A DNA stretch of 64,000 nucleotides from Salinispira sp. Its GTDB lineage: Bacteria; Spirochaetota; Spirochaetia; DSM-27196; Salinispiraceae. The position numbers and the translations under genes were made by a program. The notes under the pieces are model-generated. The model did no database searches, was not told the DNA's origin, and worked only from the letters and a program-made list of their open reading frames with translations. Positions 1-10,355 of the stretch are shown here, in pieces. Every line of letters begins with the position of its first letter. Position 1 is the stretch's first letter. The stretch covers positions 1,472,001-1,536,000 of the forward strand of contig OZ271918.1 in NCBI GenBank assembly GCA_965602015.1, given 5' to 3'.

Positions 1-1
1 G

Positions 2-2785
2 GCTGTCCTGCTGACCGCCCAGGGCCTGCAGTCTGATGTTCCCCGAGGCATTGGTCCAGAAGTCAGCCAGGCGAAGATCCCGGCCGATATCAGTCTGGAG
101 CGCCTGGGGCAAAGCCGGCAGGCTGACGCTGGAAAAAAGCGCCTGCACAGGATTTTTAGCGCCCGAGGTGTCAGCCAGGAACACATCCCCCTGTACCTGA
201 ACTTGACCGTCGCCCAGCCCGACGCTGCCCTGAACTTCCCGAAGGGCAATGCTCGAGAGTTCGATCAAGGCATTTTCTACCCTGAGCACATCCGATTCAT
301 AGCCGCCCCGGGCAGTAATGATTATCTGGTCATTCTGGAAACGGGCATCTTCTGTATTGAGGCTGAAGTCGATAGCAGGTTCTTGCGGTCTACCGCGTAC
401 AATAACATTGCCGTTGATCAGTCCGACAAGATCCGGATTTCCCATCCGTCGTGCGGGAAAGCGGCGGAGCGTAATCCTGACATCAAGGTCGCCCTGCTCG
501 CTGCTACCCTCAAAAACGACTCGTTCGAGCTGATTCTCCAATCGAAGGCTCGCCTGCACGATCCCGGATTCAATACTCAACGCGCCGTTTCCCGCAACCG
601 ATGAAATAAAATCCCGATATTCGGCATTGGTGATAATAATCCCGTCGGCAATACTGCCTTCGGCGTCGATTCTTGCACTTGATCGCCGCTGACCCTCGAG
701 GGGGAAAATATCGAGCTCATCAACTGTCGAGCGAATAGCTATTCTGCTCGAAAGAATATCGTCATAGCGAAGATCTGCGGACATATTAGCTGCAACCCGG
801 GCGTCTTCGCCAAGGTCCTGAATCGGCAACCCTCTGATGCTGGCTTGTAACTTTCCTCCGTCGTTGCCGCCGCGCAGAGTCGCCGCAGAATCATAATCGC
901 CTTTGAGGGTAAATTCGCCTCTTTGTGGATACAAAACAGCCTGGGCACTATACGGAAAACCGTTTATTTCGCTTCGAATTTCCAGGGGCACCTGGCCCCT
1001 TCGGCTAAAGTCTCCTGAAACGCCGAACCTGAGGCTTTGTCCCAAGTAATTGATGCTCAGATTGGGAATTTGAAGGACGCTGTCTTTGAATCCTCCGCTC
1101 ACGGCGAGAATTTCCTGACCAGCGCCGCCCAACGTTAATCCGGATGCCTGTATCTGGAACGCAGGGTCGTTTGGCAGATCGCTGATCTCGGCAGTAAATG
1201 AACCGTTAATTGCCGAGGCATTGAGATCTTCGGGCAGGTCAAGGTTGGAGAAGTCGTTTCCGCTGAGTACCGCGAAGGCTTGGATAGCGGAGCGGAGCTG
1301 CATCTCCTCAATCCTGGCTGAAATTCGCAGGTTTTCCGGAATAGAAGGCAGGTCTCCGGTAAAATCCGCTTCAAGATTTACCTGCCCGGCTTCATCGGGC
1401 AATCCGGTGCGCACAAGGGCAGTGCCTCCGGACTCTTTAAGATTTACCAAGATCTGGCTGTCTGCAAGACTCAGCGATGATATCGATGGCCCTTGCAGGT
1501 TTATCTCGATTGTATCATTACGGTAGGTTCCGCTACCGGAGATATCAAACTGGGGTATGGCTGCTATGCTCCGGTTAACGGCCATACCGCGTACCGAGAG
1601 ATCATTCTGATCGAGATGATATTCACCGTTAACTGACAGTAAATCGCCCCTATCGCTTCGCATCTCCAACTGTTCCACTGTCAAAACAGAATCACTCAAG
1701 GCGAACTGTGCCTGTACCCGTGCACTCTGATCAAGCACGGGTAGCCAGCCCGAAGAATCAAGCCAACCCTCTCCGCGCAGCGGACGGAACTGATTATCAA
1801 AACTTAGTTCCAATCCCGCAGAAATGAGCGAGTTCAGCAATCGGTTATAATCACTGCCGGCCTGTTCGAGACGAAGAATGGCAGATGGCGACCATTCGGC
1901 CGCAGAGAATCGAAGTCGGGTTTCCTGGAGGGCAGAGCGGTATTCAAGTTCAAGCACAAAGGGCTGCCTACCCTCGAGGGAGCGGAACAGCAGGCGATCG
2001 CTGTCAAGGGAAAGATAGAAATCAAGCGGAGACAGGACAAAACGATCGGAGCGAAGAGTGGATGTGGAAATATACAGCTGAAACACACTGCTCTCGAAAA
2101 CATCTGAGAAGCTTCCGGTCTGTCCGATAAGCAGTTCTCCCTGTATGTCCGAACTGCCGGAGATTTCCCGAAATGGAGGATTTAAAGCTTCATCTTCAAA
2201 AATAAGTTCGCTGATATTTTCAATCTGGACGGCCAATGAATCCCCGGAATACGATAGTTCACCCCGGGGTACCAGGCTGCGCGCAAGCCACTGTCCTGCG
2301 GGATCCCGATACTCAATCCGATAGTTTCTCAGGAGGATCCGCAACTCGGTGGAAAGCTCTGACAACAGCTCCCACGGATCTGATGGGCGCTGCGAATCGC
2401 CGGCCGGTGAAATGAGTTGATGAAGGTACATCACGCCGCCTCTGAGCTCTACCAGCCGCGGCGCGGCCAGAGGCTGGCCACGGAGGACTGCCCGGATATC
2501 ATAGCGGAAAATAAGCCGGTCTATTGTCAGGAGGGTCTGATCCTCGTCGTCGTAGAGCCTGAGGTTGCGCAGTTCGATATAGCTGAAAATTGACGGATGG
2601 ATGGATGAAAAGCGGATATTATTACCCAGGCTCTGTTCCAGAACGTCAATGAGCTCGTTTTTGAGATTAAGCACCTGCTCGCTTAATTCACGCTGAAGAG
2701 GAAAAAACACCAGCAACGTTATTGCGATTAACAGTGTGACGGTAATAATCTGTAGCACCGCAATCAGGCGGTAGGCGGAGTTCAC
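2..2785 (-). CDS. tamB: TamB/AsmA-like translocation and assembly module protein (runs off the left edge; absent from the ORF track)
   Basis: Read manually: GAGG then GTG at 2785, MNSAYRLIAVLQIITVTLLIAITLLVFFPLQREL...SIHPSIFSYIELRNLRLY. Single N-terminal TM, then beta-rich sequence. Frame was open at spot checks near 1850, 950 and 2-58. The tmk-adjacent position matches the spirochaete tamB-bamA locus as recalled. Confidence 0.7.
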   Translation of the reverse strand, partial: MNSAYRLIAVLQIITVTLLIAITLLVFFPLQRELSEQVLNLKNELIDVLEQSLGNNIRFSSIHPSIFSYIELRNLRLYDDEDQTLLTIDRLIFRYDIRAVLRGQPLAAPRLVELRGGVMYLHQLISPAGDSQRPSDPWELLSELSTELRILLRNYRIEYRDPAGQWLARSLVPRGELSYSGDSLAVQIENISELIFEDEALNPPFREISGSSDIQGELLIGQTGSFSDVFESSVFQLYISTSTLRSDRFVLSPLDFYLSLDSDRLLFRSLEGRQPFVLELEYRSALQETRLRFSAAEWSPSAILRLEQAGSDYNRLLNSLISAGLELSFDNQFRPLRGEGWLDSSGWLPVLDQSARVQAQFALSDSVLTVEQLEMRSDRGDLLSVNGEYHLDQNDLSVRGMAVNRSIAAIPQFDISGSGTYRNDTIEINLQGPSISSLSLADSQILVNLKESGGTALVRTGLPDEAGQVNLEADFTGDLPSIPENLRISARIEEMQLRSAIQAFAVLSGNDFSNLDLPEDLNASAINGSFTAEISDLPNDPAFQIQASGLTLGGAGQEILAVSGGFKDSVLQIPNLSINYLGQSLRFGVSGDFSRRGQVPLEIRSEINGFPYSAQAVLYPQRGEFTLKGDYDSAATLRGGNDGGKLQASIRGLPIQDLGEDARVAANMSADLRYDDILSSRIAIRSTVDELDIFPLEGQRRSSARIDAEGSIADGIIITNAEYRDFISSVAGNGALSIESGIVQASLRLENQLERVVFEGSSEQGDLDVRITLRRFPARRMGNPDLVGLINGNVIVRGRPQEPAIDFSLNTEDARFQNDQIIITARGGYESDVLRVENALIELSSIALREVQGSVGLGDGQVQVQGDVFLADTSGAKNPVQALFSSVSLPALPQALQTDIGRDLRLADFWTNASGNIRLQALGGQQDS

Positions 2786-2868
2786 CGAAAAATACCTCGT
2801 TGATGAGCCGGACGTTTTTAAATTATAACTGTAGCACAGCCCTACACAAAATAAAAAGGCGGCTATCA

Positions 2869-3504
2869 TTGTTTAGTAACAGCCAAATTCTTCCCGGTTT
2901 AATTGTGTTCGAAGGTCTCGACGGCTCGGGAACCACGACACAGCTTTCCTTACTGAAAGATCGTCTCAAGGACAACGGCATACCCCATCATTTGACCTTC
3001 GAACCCAGCGAATCGGCTGTCGGTCTGCTTATTCGTCGTATACTTTCCGGTGAACTAAACTATACCAGGAAAACCCTGGCACGCCTGTTTGCGGCTGACA
3101 GGGAAGAGCACCTTTTTGGCGCCGGGGGCATGCTTGAACGAAGCCGGGCGGGAGAATTGGTTATCTGCGACCGCTACATTCTTTCATCTCTTGCATATCA
3201 GGGGAATGAGCTGGGATTAGAGACCGTATGGGAGTACAACAAAACGTTTCCCCTGCCGGAAATCCTGATTTTTCTCGATGTTCAACCGGAAGACGGCCAT
3301 CGACGGTATTCGAACAGAGAACGGCTGGAGATATATGAAAAGCTTGATCTACAGTCGCAGATCAGACAGCGTTACTTTGGATTTTTTGAGTCGGTTAAAA
3401 AAAGCGGAGTGGATCTTTATATCATTGATTCTACCCGGGAAATATCGGAAATTGCCGCGGATATATGGAGAATCATCTCCCAGCATCCGATAAGTAAAGG
3501 GTGA
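2869..3504 (+). CDS. tmk: thymidylate kinase
   Basis: IVFEGLDGSGTTTQ P-loop, FEP, LFAADR, ICDRY..SSLAYQG. Likely TTG start at 2869. Confidence 0.9.
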   Translation: MFSNSQILPGLIVFEGLDGSGTTTQLSLLKDRLKDNGIPHHLTFEPSESAVGLLIRRILSGELNYTRKTLARLFAADREEHLFGAGGMLERSRAGELVICDRYILSSLAYQGNELGLETVWEYNKTFPLPEILIFLDVQPEDGHRRYSNRERLEIYEKLDLQSQIRQRYFGFFESVKKSGVDLYIIDSTREISEIAADIWRIISQHPISKG

Positions 3505-4109
3505 AAACCCGTTGCCGTTATATACTATTTGTCATGCTCGTTGCCGTGATGCCCATGCAGCTGCATTCATATCGCCTTATTTATCGTGAGCAGCTGTACG
3601 AGCTTCATCACCGGCAGCTCTATAATTACCCATTAGATATAGCGGAGAACATACACTGGCTGGAAACCGCATTGCGTGCGGATTTCGCAAACCCCCTCAA
3701 CGCCCTGGCACGAATAGAAAACGAGCGCGAATGGGCAAAGTACCGCGATCTGTTCACCATGCATATCAATCTAAAACTGGCGGAATTGTACCTTCTATGG
3801 GCACGGGGTTATTACAAGTTCGACGCGTACTTTTATAACTATCCCTGGAGAGACCAGAATCTGGATAGCCTGGAAACCTCGGAGGAACTCATGGGCTGGG
3901 CCCTGCTCTATTGGGAAGAAGCTCTGCGCTATGCCGATGCCGCAGGTCAGTATACCTGGCTGTATCTCGAGGAGGTACAGTTTTGGGAAGATGAACTGTT
4001 CAGAATACAAAACGGCGAGCTGGATTACCGGCAGATCATCGGCCGGCATCTGGAGCGTCTCAATCAGGTTCGCGCAGAATTTGAAGCGATGGACGAGGGC
4101 ACGTATTAG
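3501..4109 (+). CDS. exported helical hypothetical protein
   Basis: 202 aa ORF, GTGA overlap with the tmk stop, N-terminal signal-like segment, Y/W/E-rich. Confidence 0.75.
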   Translation: MKTRCRYILFVMLVAVMPMQLHSYRLIYREQLYELHHRQLYNYPLDIAENIHWLETALRADFANPLNALARIENEREWAKYRDLFTMHINLKLAELYLLWARGYYKFDAYFYNYPWRDQNLDSLETSEELMGWALLYWEEALRYADAAGQYTWLYLEEVQFWEDELFRIQNGELDYRQIIGRHLERLNQVRAEFEAMDEGTY

Positions 4110-4180
4110 CTGCTCTATTGTTACCTACATTCCTTCAACACCCAGCTGTGGCACGGTGCTCAGCCTAAAAAAACCACACT

Positions 4181-5236
4181 TCAAAGTAGCAGTGTGGCAT
4201 CCCCATAGCTGAAGAAGCGGTAACGCTGCTGAACGGCTTCCCGATACACCGATAAAATATTTTCCTTTCCGGCAAATGCGCTGACCAGCATCAGGAGGGT
4301 TGATTCCGGGGTGTGGAAGTTTGTCATGAGGTGATCGACAACTGAAAATGTAAAACCGGGATAAATAAAAATATCTGTGCTGTCTCTTCCAGGCCTCAGT
4401 CGACGGCTTTTATGATCCCAGGCGGCTTCCAGGGTTCGGACACTGGTGGTACCCACGGCAAGCACCGGTTTCCCCGCAGCCTTATGGCTGTTGATTAAAT
4501 CTGCGGTTTCACCGCTGACCTCGTACTCCTCGCGGTGCATCTCATGCTCTTCCACATCGTCTACCCTGACGGGCAAAAATGTTCCAAGGCCCACGTGCAG
4601 GGTCAAGGTGCAGCGCTTTATGCCCCGGCGGTCCATATCGTCTAGAATTGCAGGGGTGATGTGCAGCCCCGCGGTGGGAGCAGCCACCGATCCGGTTTTC
4701 TGTGCATACACCGTCTGATACCTGCTCTCATCGCTTTCCCTGTCCTCGCGATGAATATAGGGGGGAAGCGGAACATGACCGATGGCATGAAAATCTTCTT
4801 CCGATATTTCCCGGTTTAAATGCAGGATTTTTAATGCGCCGTCGGTATCGCTGATTTCGCCGGTGATGCCCCGCGGGAAGGTATAAATTCTTCCGGGTTT
4901 CTGTTTTTTCGCCTTGCTGACCATAACCCTCCACACTGATGAGGGGTGGTCCTGGGGAAGACTCTCATGAAATTTGTCCAGCGGTTGGAGGAAAAGAAAT
5001 TCAACCCGGGAGCCCGTGTTGCTTTCCCCGTAAACCCTGGCTTTTCGCACCTTGGTGTCATTAAAGACCATGAGGGCTTCGTCGGGAATATATTTCGTGA
5101 GCTCACCGACATTACTGTGAATTATCTGATTTCCCTTGCGTTTATATACCAAAAGTCTGCTGGTACCCCGCTCTTCGCTTGGCTCTTGGGCGATCAGTTC
5201 CTCAGGAAGGTCAAAATAAAAGTCGCTGGTCTTCAT
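4181..5236 (-). CDS. queA: S-adenosylmethionine:tRNA ribosyltransferase-isomerase
   Basis: DFYFDLPEELIAQEP, VPLPPYI, YQTVYA, GSVAAPTAGLH, TNFHTPESTL, YRFFSYGDA. Confidence 0.97.
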   Translation of the reverse strand: MKTSDFYFDLPEELIAQEPSEERGTSRLLVYKRKGNQIIHSNVGELTKYIPDEALMVFNDTKVRKARVYGESNTGSRVEFLFLQPLDKFHESLPQDHPSSVWRVMVSKAKKQKPGRIYTFPRGITGEISDTDGALKILHLNREISEEDFHAIGHVPLPPYIHREDRESDESRYQTVYAQKTGSVAAPTAGLHITPAILDDMDRRGIKRCTLTLHVGLGTFLPVRVDDVEEHEMHREEYEVSGETADLINSHKAAGKPVLAVGTTSVRTLEAAWDHKSRRLRPGRDSTDIFIYPGFTFSVVDHLMTNFHTPESTLLMLVSAFAGKENILSVYREAVQQRYRFFSYGDATLLL

Positions 5237-6254
5237 TACTGTCCTCTGTATTACTGTTTTCTACTGGAATGGCGATTCCGAGATGCCGGTATGCCCTGTG
5301 TGTTACTGTCCGCCCCCGCGGAGTCCGCATGAGAAATCCCTGCTGTATCAGATAGGGTTCATGGAAATCTTCCAGGGTATCCACCGACTCCCCTATGGAA
5401 ATCGCAAGGGTCTCGGCGCCGACCGGTCCGCCCCGGTAATGTTCGATAATATTCCTCAGTATTTCCCGGTCCTGATGTTCAAGCCCGACGTGGTCGATTT
5501 TTAATCGCTTCAACCCGCTTTCGGCGATGGATTTTGATATTCGCCCGTCACCGAGCACATCTGCGAAATCACGCATTCGCCGGAGAATGCGGTTTGCAAT
5601 GCGGGGGGTACCCCGGCTGCAGCGGGAAAGAAGCTCAATTGCCGGTTCATCAACCGCAATACTCAGAATATCTGCCGAACGGCGGATGACCGAAGCCAAC
5701 TCTTCGCTGTTATACAGCTCTATCCGCACATCGATTCCAAATCGGCTGTACAAAGGCGCAGCGACCTTCCCGGCCTTGGTTGTGGCTCCCACCAGAGTGA
5801 ATGCAGGCAGGGGAATCCTCACATTCCTTGCACCGGGACCCTGTCCGATAACCCAGTCCAGCTCCCGGTCTTCCATGGCGATGTACAGCATTTCCTCAAT
5901 AACAGGTTTGAGACGGTGAATTTCATCAATGAAAAACACCGCTCCGTCTTCCAGGGTCGTGAGCATGCCGGCAAGGTCCTTGGGCTTATCGAGAACCGGC
6001 GCAGAGGTCACCTTGAAATCAACCCCCAGCTCCTGGGCGATAATACCCGCCAGCGTCGTTTTTCCCAATCCCGGCGGACCTGAGAGGAACAGATGATCCA
6101 GGGATTCATCTCTTTTCTTTGCCGCGCTGATAAAAATACCAAGGTTTTCTTTAATGGCTCCCTGACCCTGAAAATCCGTAAGACGGCGGGGTCGCAGGGT
6201 ATTTTCAAACTTCCGTTCTTCAGTCATCGCGTTGGAATCAAGTGAAAAATCCAT
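5211..6254 (-). CDS. ruvB: Holliday junction branch migration ATPase RuvB
   Basis: LRPRRL, GPPGLGKTTLA, FIDEIHRL, SRGTPRIANR, GGPVG, RTPRGR. Confidence 0.98.
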   Translation of the reverse strand: MDFSLDSNAMTEERKFENTLRPRRLTDFQGQGAIKENLGIFISAAKKRDESLDHLFLSGPPGLGKTTLAGIIAQELGVDFKVTSAPVLDKPKDLAGMLTTLEDGAVFFIDEIHRLKPVIEEMLYIAMEDRELDWVIGQGPGARNVRIPLPAFTLVGATTKAGKVAAPLYSRFGIDVRIELYNSEELASVIRRSADILSIAVDEPAIELLSRCSRGTPRIANRILRRMRDFADVLGDGRISKSIAESGLKRLKIDHVGLEHQDREILRNIIEHYRGGPVGAETLAISIGESVDTLEDFHEPYLIQQGFLMRTPRGRTVTHRAYRHLGIAIPVENSNTEDSNEDQRLLF

Positions 6255-6342
6255 TAGTTCAGCCTCGGTTGAGTCTTTTCTGAGCGGGAAGTCTGATTGG
6301 GATAAAATACTACTGTCAAAATCATGAGTTCAACACCATATA

Positions 6343-6960
6343 TCAACTCAGGGCAACGATTGCCCTTCTAAGCAGTTCACCTTCACCGGGCTGCTCGGCG
6401 GCGCCTTCCTTTCGCAATCGGGATACCGCCGCCTGACTGTCCTTTCGGTCGAAGCCCATCTGAACAAGGGCGTCGACAAGGGAATCGGACTCAGGCTCTA
6501 TGGATTTCCGGTGATCCGGCATACCCGCATACTCAGCTTCAAAGCTTTTCCCGACCTCATCCTTGAGAGTGAGAATGAGTTTTTTTGCCCCTTTTGCGCC
6601 GATGCCAGGAAGGGAGGTGAGAAATGATTCATCCTCGGCAATTATTGCACCGGATAGATCTCCCGGAGAGGCGGCGCTCAATAGCTTGATACTCTGTTTC
6701 GGGCCGACTCCATTGACCTTGATTAGAAGGCTAAAAAAACGGCGTTCATCCAGGTCGATAAATCCATAAAGATTCATGGCATCTTCGCGGTGATGCAGGT
6801 GGGTAAAAAGCGATACCTCACCCTCCGGCTCGATTGTTTTTCCGAGGGTCTGGGCAGTTCGAGCGCTAATCTCGAGTTCCCAGCTGATTCCCGAACGGTC
6901 TTCGATGACCGCAGAGTTTTCCCTCACCTGTATTAATCTGCCCTTTATGGAATACATCAT
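6343..6960 (-). CDS. ruvA: Holliday junction DNA-binding protein RuvA
   Basis: HREDAMNLYGF, VNGVGPK, LPGIGAKGA, ALVQMGF. ATG at 6960 overlaps the ruvC stop (ATGA). Confidence 0.95.
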   Translation of the reverse strand: MMYSIKGRLIQVRENSAVIEDRSGISWELEISARTAQTLGKTIEPEGEVSLFTHLHHREDAMNLYGFIDLDERRFFSLLIKVNGVGPKQSIKLLSAASPGDLSGAIIAEDESFLTSLPGIGAKGAKKLILTLKDEVGKSFEAEYAGMPDHRKSIEPESDSLVDALVQMGFDRKDSQAAVSRLRKEGAAEQPGEGELLRRAIVALS

Positions 6961-7451
6961 TGCCTGAACACCTCGGACGCCTCCTGCCACAGGCAATACG
7001 CCGCCGCCAAGGCGTCTGCCGCGTGATCGCTATCGGGAATTTCTTTCAGACCGAGCAGAAGCCGTATCATTTCCTGTACCTGACGTTTTTCAGCCCGCCC
7101 CACCCCGGTGATCCGCTGTTTAATCTGGGGCGGACTAAGATCCACAACGGGAATGTCCAGCTGAGCACAGGCAAGAAGAATTGCGCCTCTGGCCTGAGCC
7201 ACCGGGATTGCCGAAGCGATATTCTTGGCAAAGTAAATGCTCTCTACTCCCGCATAGACGGGCTTGTACTTTTTAAGAATCTCAGAAACCGAAGAATGTA
7301 AATGCTTGATCCGATATGCGTCGCTTTCGGAGGTCGATGTGGTTATGACTCCATGAGAAAGATGGCGGGCTGATGAACCGTCGATTCGGATAATTCCGAA
7401 TCCGCTTGATGCAAGGCCCGGATCGAAACCTGCAAGTACCCGTGAACTCAT
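6957..7451 (-). CDS. ruvC: Holliday junction resolvase RuvC
   Basis: GFDPG, VESIYF, QARGA, GRAEKRQV, DHAADALA. Confidence 0.95.
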   Translation of the reverse strand: MSSRVLAGFDPGLASSGFGIIRIDGSSARHLSHGVITTSTSESDAYRIKHLHSSVSEILKKYKPVYAGVESIYFAKNIASAIPVAQARGAILLACAQLDIPVVDLSPPQIKQRITGVGRAEKRQVQEMIRLLLGLKEIPDSDHAADALAAAYCLWQEASEVFRQ

Positions 7452-7463
7452 TACCGTGTTCTG

Positions 7464-8207
7464 CTATTCTTCGGGATCGAAGTCGTCGGGAATCTCAAGA
7501 TTCGAGCTGACGCTCTGCACATCATCGTTATCATCGAGGGTTTCAAGTAGCTTCAGGACTTTACGGGTACCATCGGCATCTAACTCAATATTGGTATCGG
7601 CAATGAGGGTGACTTCAGAGGATTGGCTCTCGAATCCCTTCTCCTTCAGACTGTCCATTACCGCTTCAAAACCCTCCGGGGAGGTTATGACTTCCAGGGT
7701 TTCTCCCTCAAGTGAAACATCTTCCGCACCGGCTTCCAATGCCGCCTCAAACAGTGATTCCTCATTGGTACTCTCGGCGGCGAAGCTGAGAATTCCCTTG
7801 CGGTTGAACATATATGAAACGCATCCTGTCTCTCCGAGGTTACCTCCCGCCTTGCTGAAAATTGAACGCACATCGGCAGCGGTGCGATTTTTATTATCGG
7901 TGAGGGTTTCCACGATTATTGCAACGCCGCCGGGACCGTAGCCCTCGTACACGTTTTCAAAGTAATCGGTACCGCCCAATTCACCAATGCCCTTTTTTAT
8001 CGCCCGTTCAATGTTGTCCTTGGGCATATTGGCTCCACGGGCTTTGATGACCGCCGATCGAAGCCTCGGATTGGAATCAATTTCACCGCCGCCGAGTTTT
8101 GCAGCGACAGAAATTTCCTTGATCAATTTGGTGAATATTTTACCGCGCTTGGCATCCGCCGCGCCTTTTTTGTGCTTAATCGTTGACCATTTACTGTGAC
8201 CGGACAT
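7464..8207 (-). CDS. yebC: YebC/PmpR family protein
   Basis: [36 protein letters not shown]. Confidence 0.96.
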   Translation of the reverse strand: MSGHSKWSTIKHKKGAADAKRGKIFTKLIKEISVAAKLGGGEIDSNPRLRSAVIKARGANMPKDNIERAIKKGIGELGGTDYFENVYEGYGPGGVAIIVETLTDNKNRTAADVRSIFSKAGGNLGETGCVSYMFNRKGILSFAAESTNEESLFEAALEAGAEDVSLEGETLEVITSPEGFEAVMDSLKEKGFESQSSEVTLIADTNIELDADGTRKVLKLLETLDDNDDVQSVSSNLEIPDDFDPEE

Positions 8208-8270
8208 TACCGCTCCTTGATTCTAAAAAATATGGAAGTATTATAGGCAATCTAACATATATCATTGTCA

Positions 8271-8987
8271 TTAATCAGGCCCGCTGAACGTTCCGCCCAC
8301 GCGCCCAAGCAGCGCATCTGCTGAAATGAGACCGAAGTCGGCTGATCCCAGAGCCTCAGCGCGGTTGTCGGGCATCACAAAGAGCATGTCCGGCGGTACC
8401 GTGACTGTCGAAGTGAAGTAGTTTTTAAGCAGGTCAGGATTGAGCATGATTTCATCCGGGAGAACCAGATCATAGGAATCCTGAGCCAGCAGTGCTTCCT
8501 CAATAAAATCACCGGTCCCGTTTACCGCCACATAGGCCTGACCGGCATTGACATAGACTTTGTCACCGGGAAGAGCGATAACCCTTCGAATGATAAGGCC
8601 GGTCCTCCAGTCGGCGGGACCGGCGCCCGGCCATGGCCGATTCAGGGTGAAAAAACTCCACACATCACTGAGAATGGGGATGTGTCGAATGTTGGCATAC
8701 TCGGCCATATAAAGCACCACATCGCCCCGCTCTGGAGAAGAAAATGCCGGAAGTTGAACATCCGTAAACGGGAGGGTCATTCCGTAGGGAATTTTTACTA
8801 TCAGAGCGGCCTCATCGCGATAGAATGTGGGCTCCATGCTGCGGCTGCCGATAAGAGCGCTGGAAACCAGCAAACTGGTCACGACCTCGTATAAAAGAAA
8901 CAACGAGGCAATCACGGCGAGAAGGTATCGAAGCAACTGAATATAGAGGGGACGATGCTTGTATTGGGTAACCTTGCGTTTGGCCAT
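8271..8987 (-). CDS. lepB: signal peptidase I family protein (S26), catalytic Lys position is Arg
   Basis: TM then SRSMEPTF, PERGDVV, IIRRVIALPGD, MPDNR. Likely start MAKRKV at 8987. Confidence 0.75.
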   Translation of the reverse strand: MAKRKVTQYKHRPLYIQLLRYLLAVIASLFLLYEVVTSLLVSSALIGSRSMEPTFYRDEAALIVKIPYGMTLPFTDVQLPAFSSPERGDVVLYMAEYANIRHIPILSDVWSFFTLNRPWPGAGPADWRTGLIIRRVIALPGDKVYVNAGQAYVAVNGTGDFIEEALLAQDSYDLVLPDEIMLNPDLLKNYFTSTVTVPPDMLFVMPDNRAEALGSADFGLISADALLGRVGGTFSGPD

Positions 8988-9019
8988 GTCCGGTCGAATG
9001 TAGCACGCGAAAAACTCAA

Positions 9020-9048
9020 TTGACAAGTGAATACTCAGCGCCTACAAT
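9020..9048 (+). promoter_or_regulatory. sigma70-type promoter of smpB
   Basis: TTGACA(9020-25)-17 bp-TACAAT(9043-48). An overlapping divergent TTGTCA-18-TACATT faces lepB. Confidence 0.7.
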
Positions 9049-9071
9049 CGCCAGTCTACCAAGGGGATATC

Positions 9072-9530
9072 ATGTCAGAAGGAATAAAAATTCTCAGTAA
9101 AAACCGTCGGGCCTTTCACGAATATCAGGTTCTCGAGCGCTATGAGTGCGGTATCGTTCTTCAGGGTACGGAAGTCAAAAGCATGAAGGCCGCCAAATTC
9201 AGCTTTGTCGACAGCTACGCCCGCATAAAAGGCAATGAGCTCTGGCTGGTAGGCCTTCATGTAACGCCTTATGACTTCGGCAACATCAATAATCACGAAG
9301 CAGTCCACGATCGAAAACTGCTGGTTCACCTTGAAGAGCTGCACAAGCTCCGAAGAAAAGTCGATGAGAAAGGCCTGACCCTGGTACCCCTGGCATTCTA
9401 TCTTAAGGGCGGCCTGGTTAAAATGGAGCTGGGAGTCTGCCGCGGTAAAAAGCTGCACGACAAGCGGGCCAGCATCAAGGAAAAAGATCTTACGAGGCAA
9501 AGCGACAGAGAACTTCGCGGCCGAATGTGA
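9072..9530 (+). CDS. smpB: SsrA-binding protein
   Basis: NRRAFHEY, GIVLQGTEVKS, RKLL, GKKLHDKR. AAGGGG RBS before ATG 9072. Confidence 0.97.
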   Translation: MSEGIKILSKNRRAFHEYQVLERYECGIVLQGTEVKSMKAAKFSFVDSYARIKGNELWLVGLHVTPYDFGNINNHEAVHDRKLLVHLEELHKLRRKVDEKGLTLVPLAFYLKGGLVKMELGVCRGKKLHDKRASIKEKDLTRQSDRELRGRM

Positions 9531-9542
9531 CAGGAGCAGCCA

Positions 9543-10346
9543 GTGTCAGAAGCATACCCAAAACCTGAAGAATTAATTTCGTATCTCGCACAGGCTGAAG
9601 ATTTCGCCCGCGCCGGAGCATCAGTGAGTAGCAGATACTTTCGAACTGCCTTGGATGTGCAGCGCAAAGCCGATGACAGCCCGGTAACCCGGGCCGATCA
9701 GGAGAGCGAGGCGGAAATGCGCAGACTGATTTCCGAAAAATTTCCCGGCCACCAGGTCCTCGGCGAAGAATCCGGTTTGAGCGGCGATCCCGATAGCCCA
9801 TGGAAATGGGTACTCGATCCCATAGACGGAACAAAAAGCTTTATCCACGGAATTCCTCTGTACACTGTTCTTGTTGCCCTCCTCTACGAAAACGAGTCTA
9901 TGTTGGGAATCATTTTTAATCCGCAGACCGATGAAATGATTTCGGCGGGAATCGGAATGGGATGCTGGTACAACGGTGAAGCCGCCCGGGTAAGCGAGGT
10001 CGATACCCTTGAGCAGGCGAGGCTTCAGCTCACCGATCCCAGCGATTTTATCCGAAGACGGGGCGAAGCGGCGGTAGATATCATGAGGACTGTGCGCCTT
10101 ACCCGTACCTGGGCAGACGCCCATGGCTACATGCTGGTTGCCACCGGGCGGTCCGAGCTGATGATTGACCCGGAAATGTCTCTGTGGGATGTGGCCTGCC
10201 TTCAACCGATAATAACTGAGGCCGGCGGAGACTTCACCGACATCCATGGAGAGCGAAAGCTCGGTTCATCGGCTGTTGCCAGCAATGGGCGGATTCATGC
10301 TTCCGCCCTGAAAATGCTCGGTGTGGAAAAATATCACAAGCACTGA
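9543..10346 (+). CDS. hisN: inositol monophosphatase family, HisN-type histidinol-phosphatase
   Basis: KADDSPVTRAD, VLGEE, WVLDPIDGTKSF, RTWADAHGYMLVATG, WDVA. Confidence 0.75.
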   Translation: MSEAYPKPEELISYLAQAEDFARAGASVSSRYFRTALDVQRKADDSPVTRADQESEAEMRRLISEKFPGHQVLGEESGLSGDPDSPWKWVLDPIDGTKSFIHGIPLYTVLVALLYENESMLGIIFNPQTDEMISAGIGMGCWYNGEAARVSEVDTLEQARLQLTDPSDFIRRRGEAAVDIMRTVRLTRTWADAHGYMLVATGRSELMIDPEMSLWDVACLQPIITEAGGDFTDIHGERKLGSSAVASNGRIHASALKMLGVEKYHKH

Positions 10347-10355
10347 CCTGCCTAC

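Noticed and set aside
203..2130. Short ORF-track calls in the first 2.2 kb
   Set aside because: All lie within the long minus-strand TamB-like frame, which the track missed because its stop is outside the window.
6255..6342. LexA/SOS box before ruvB (and before uvrA at 60577-60631)
   Set aside because: No CTGT-N8-ACAG, GAAC-N4-GTTC or TTTG-N5-CAAA palindrome found by eye.
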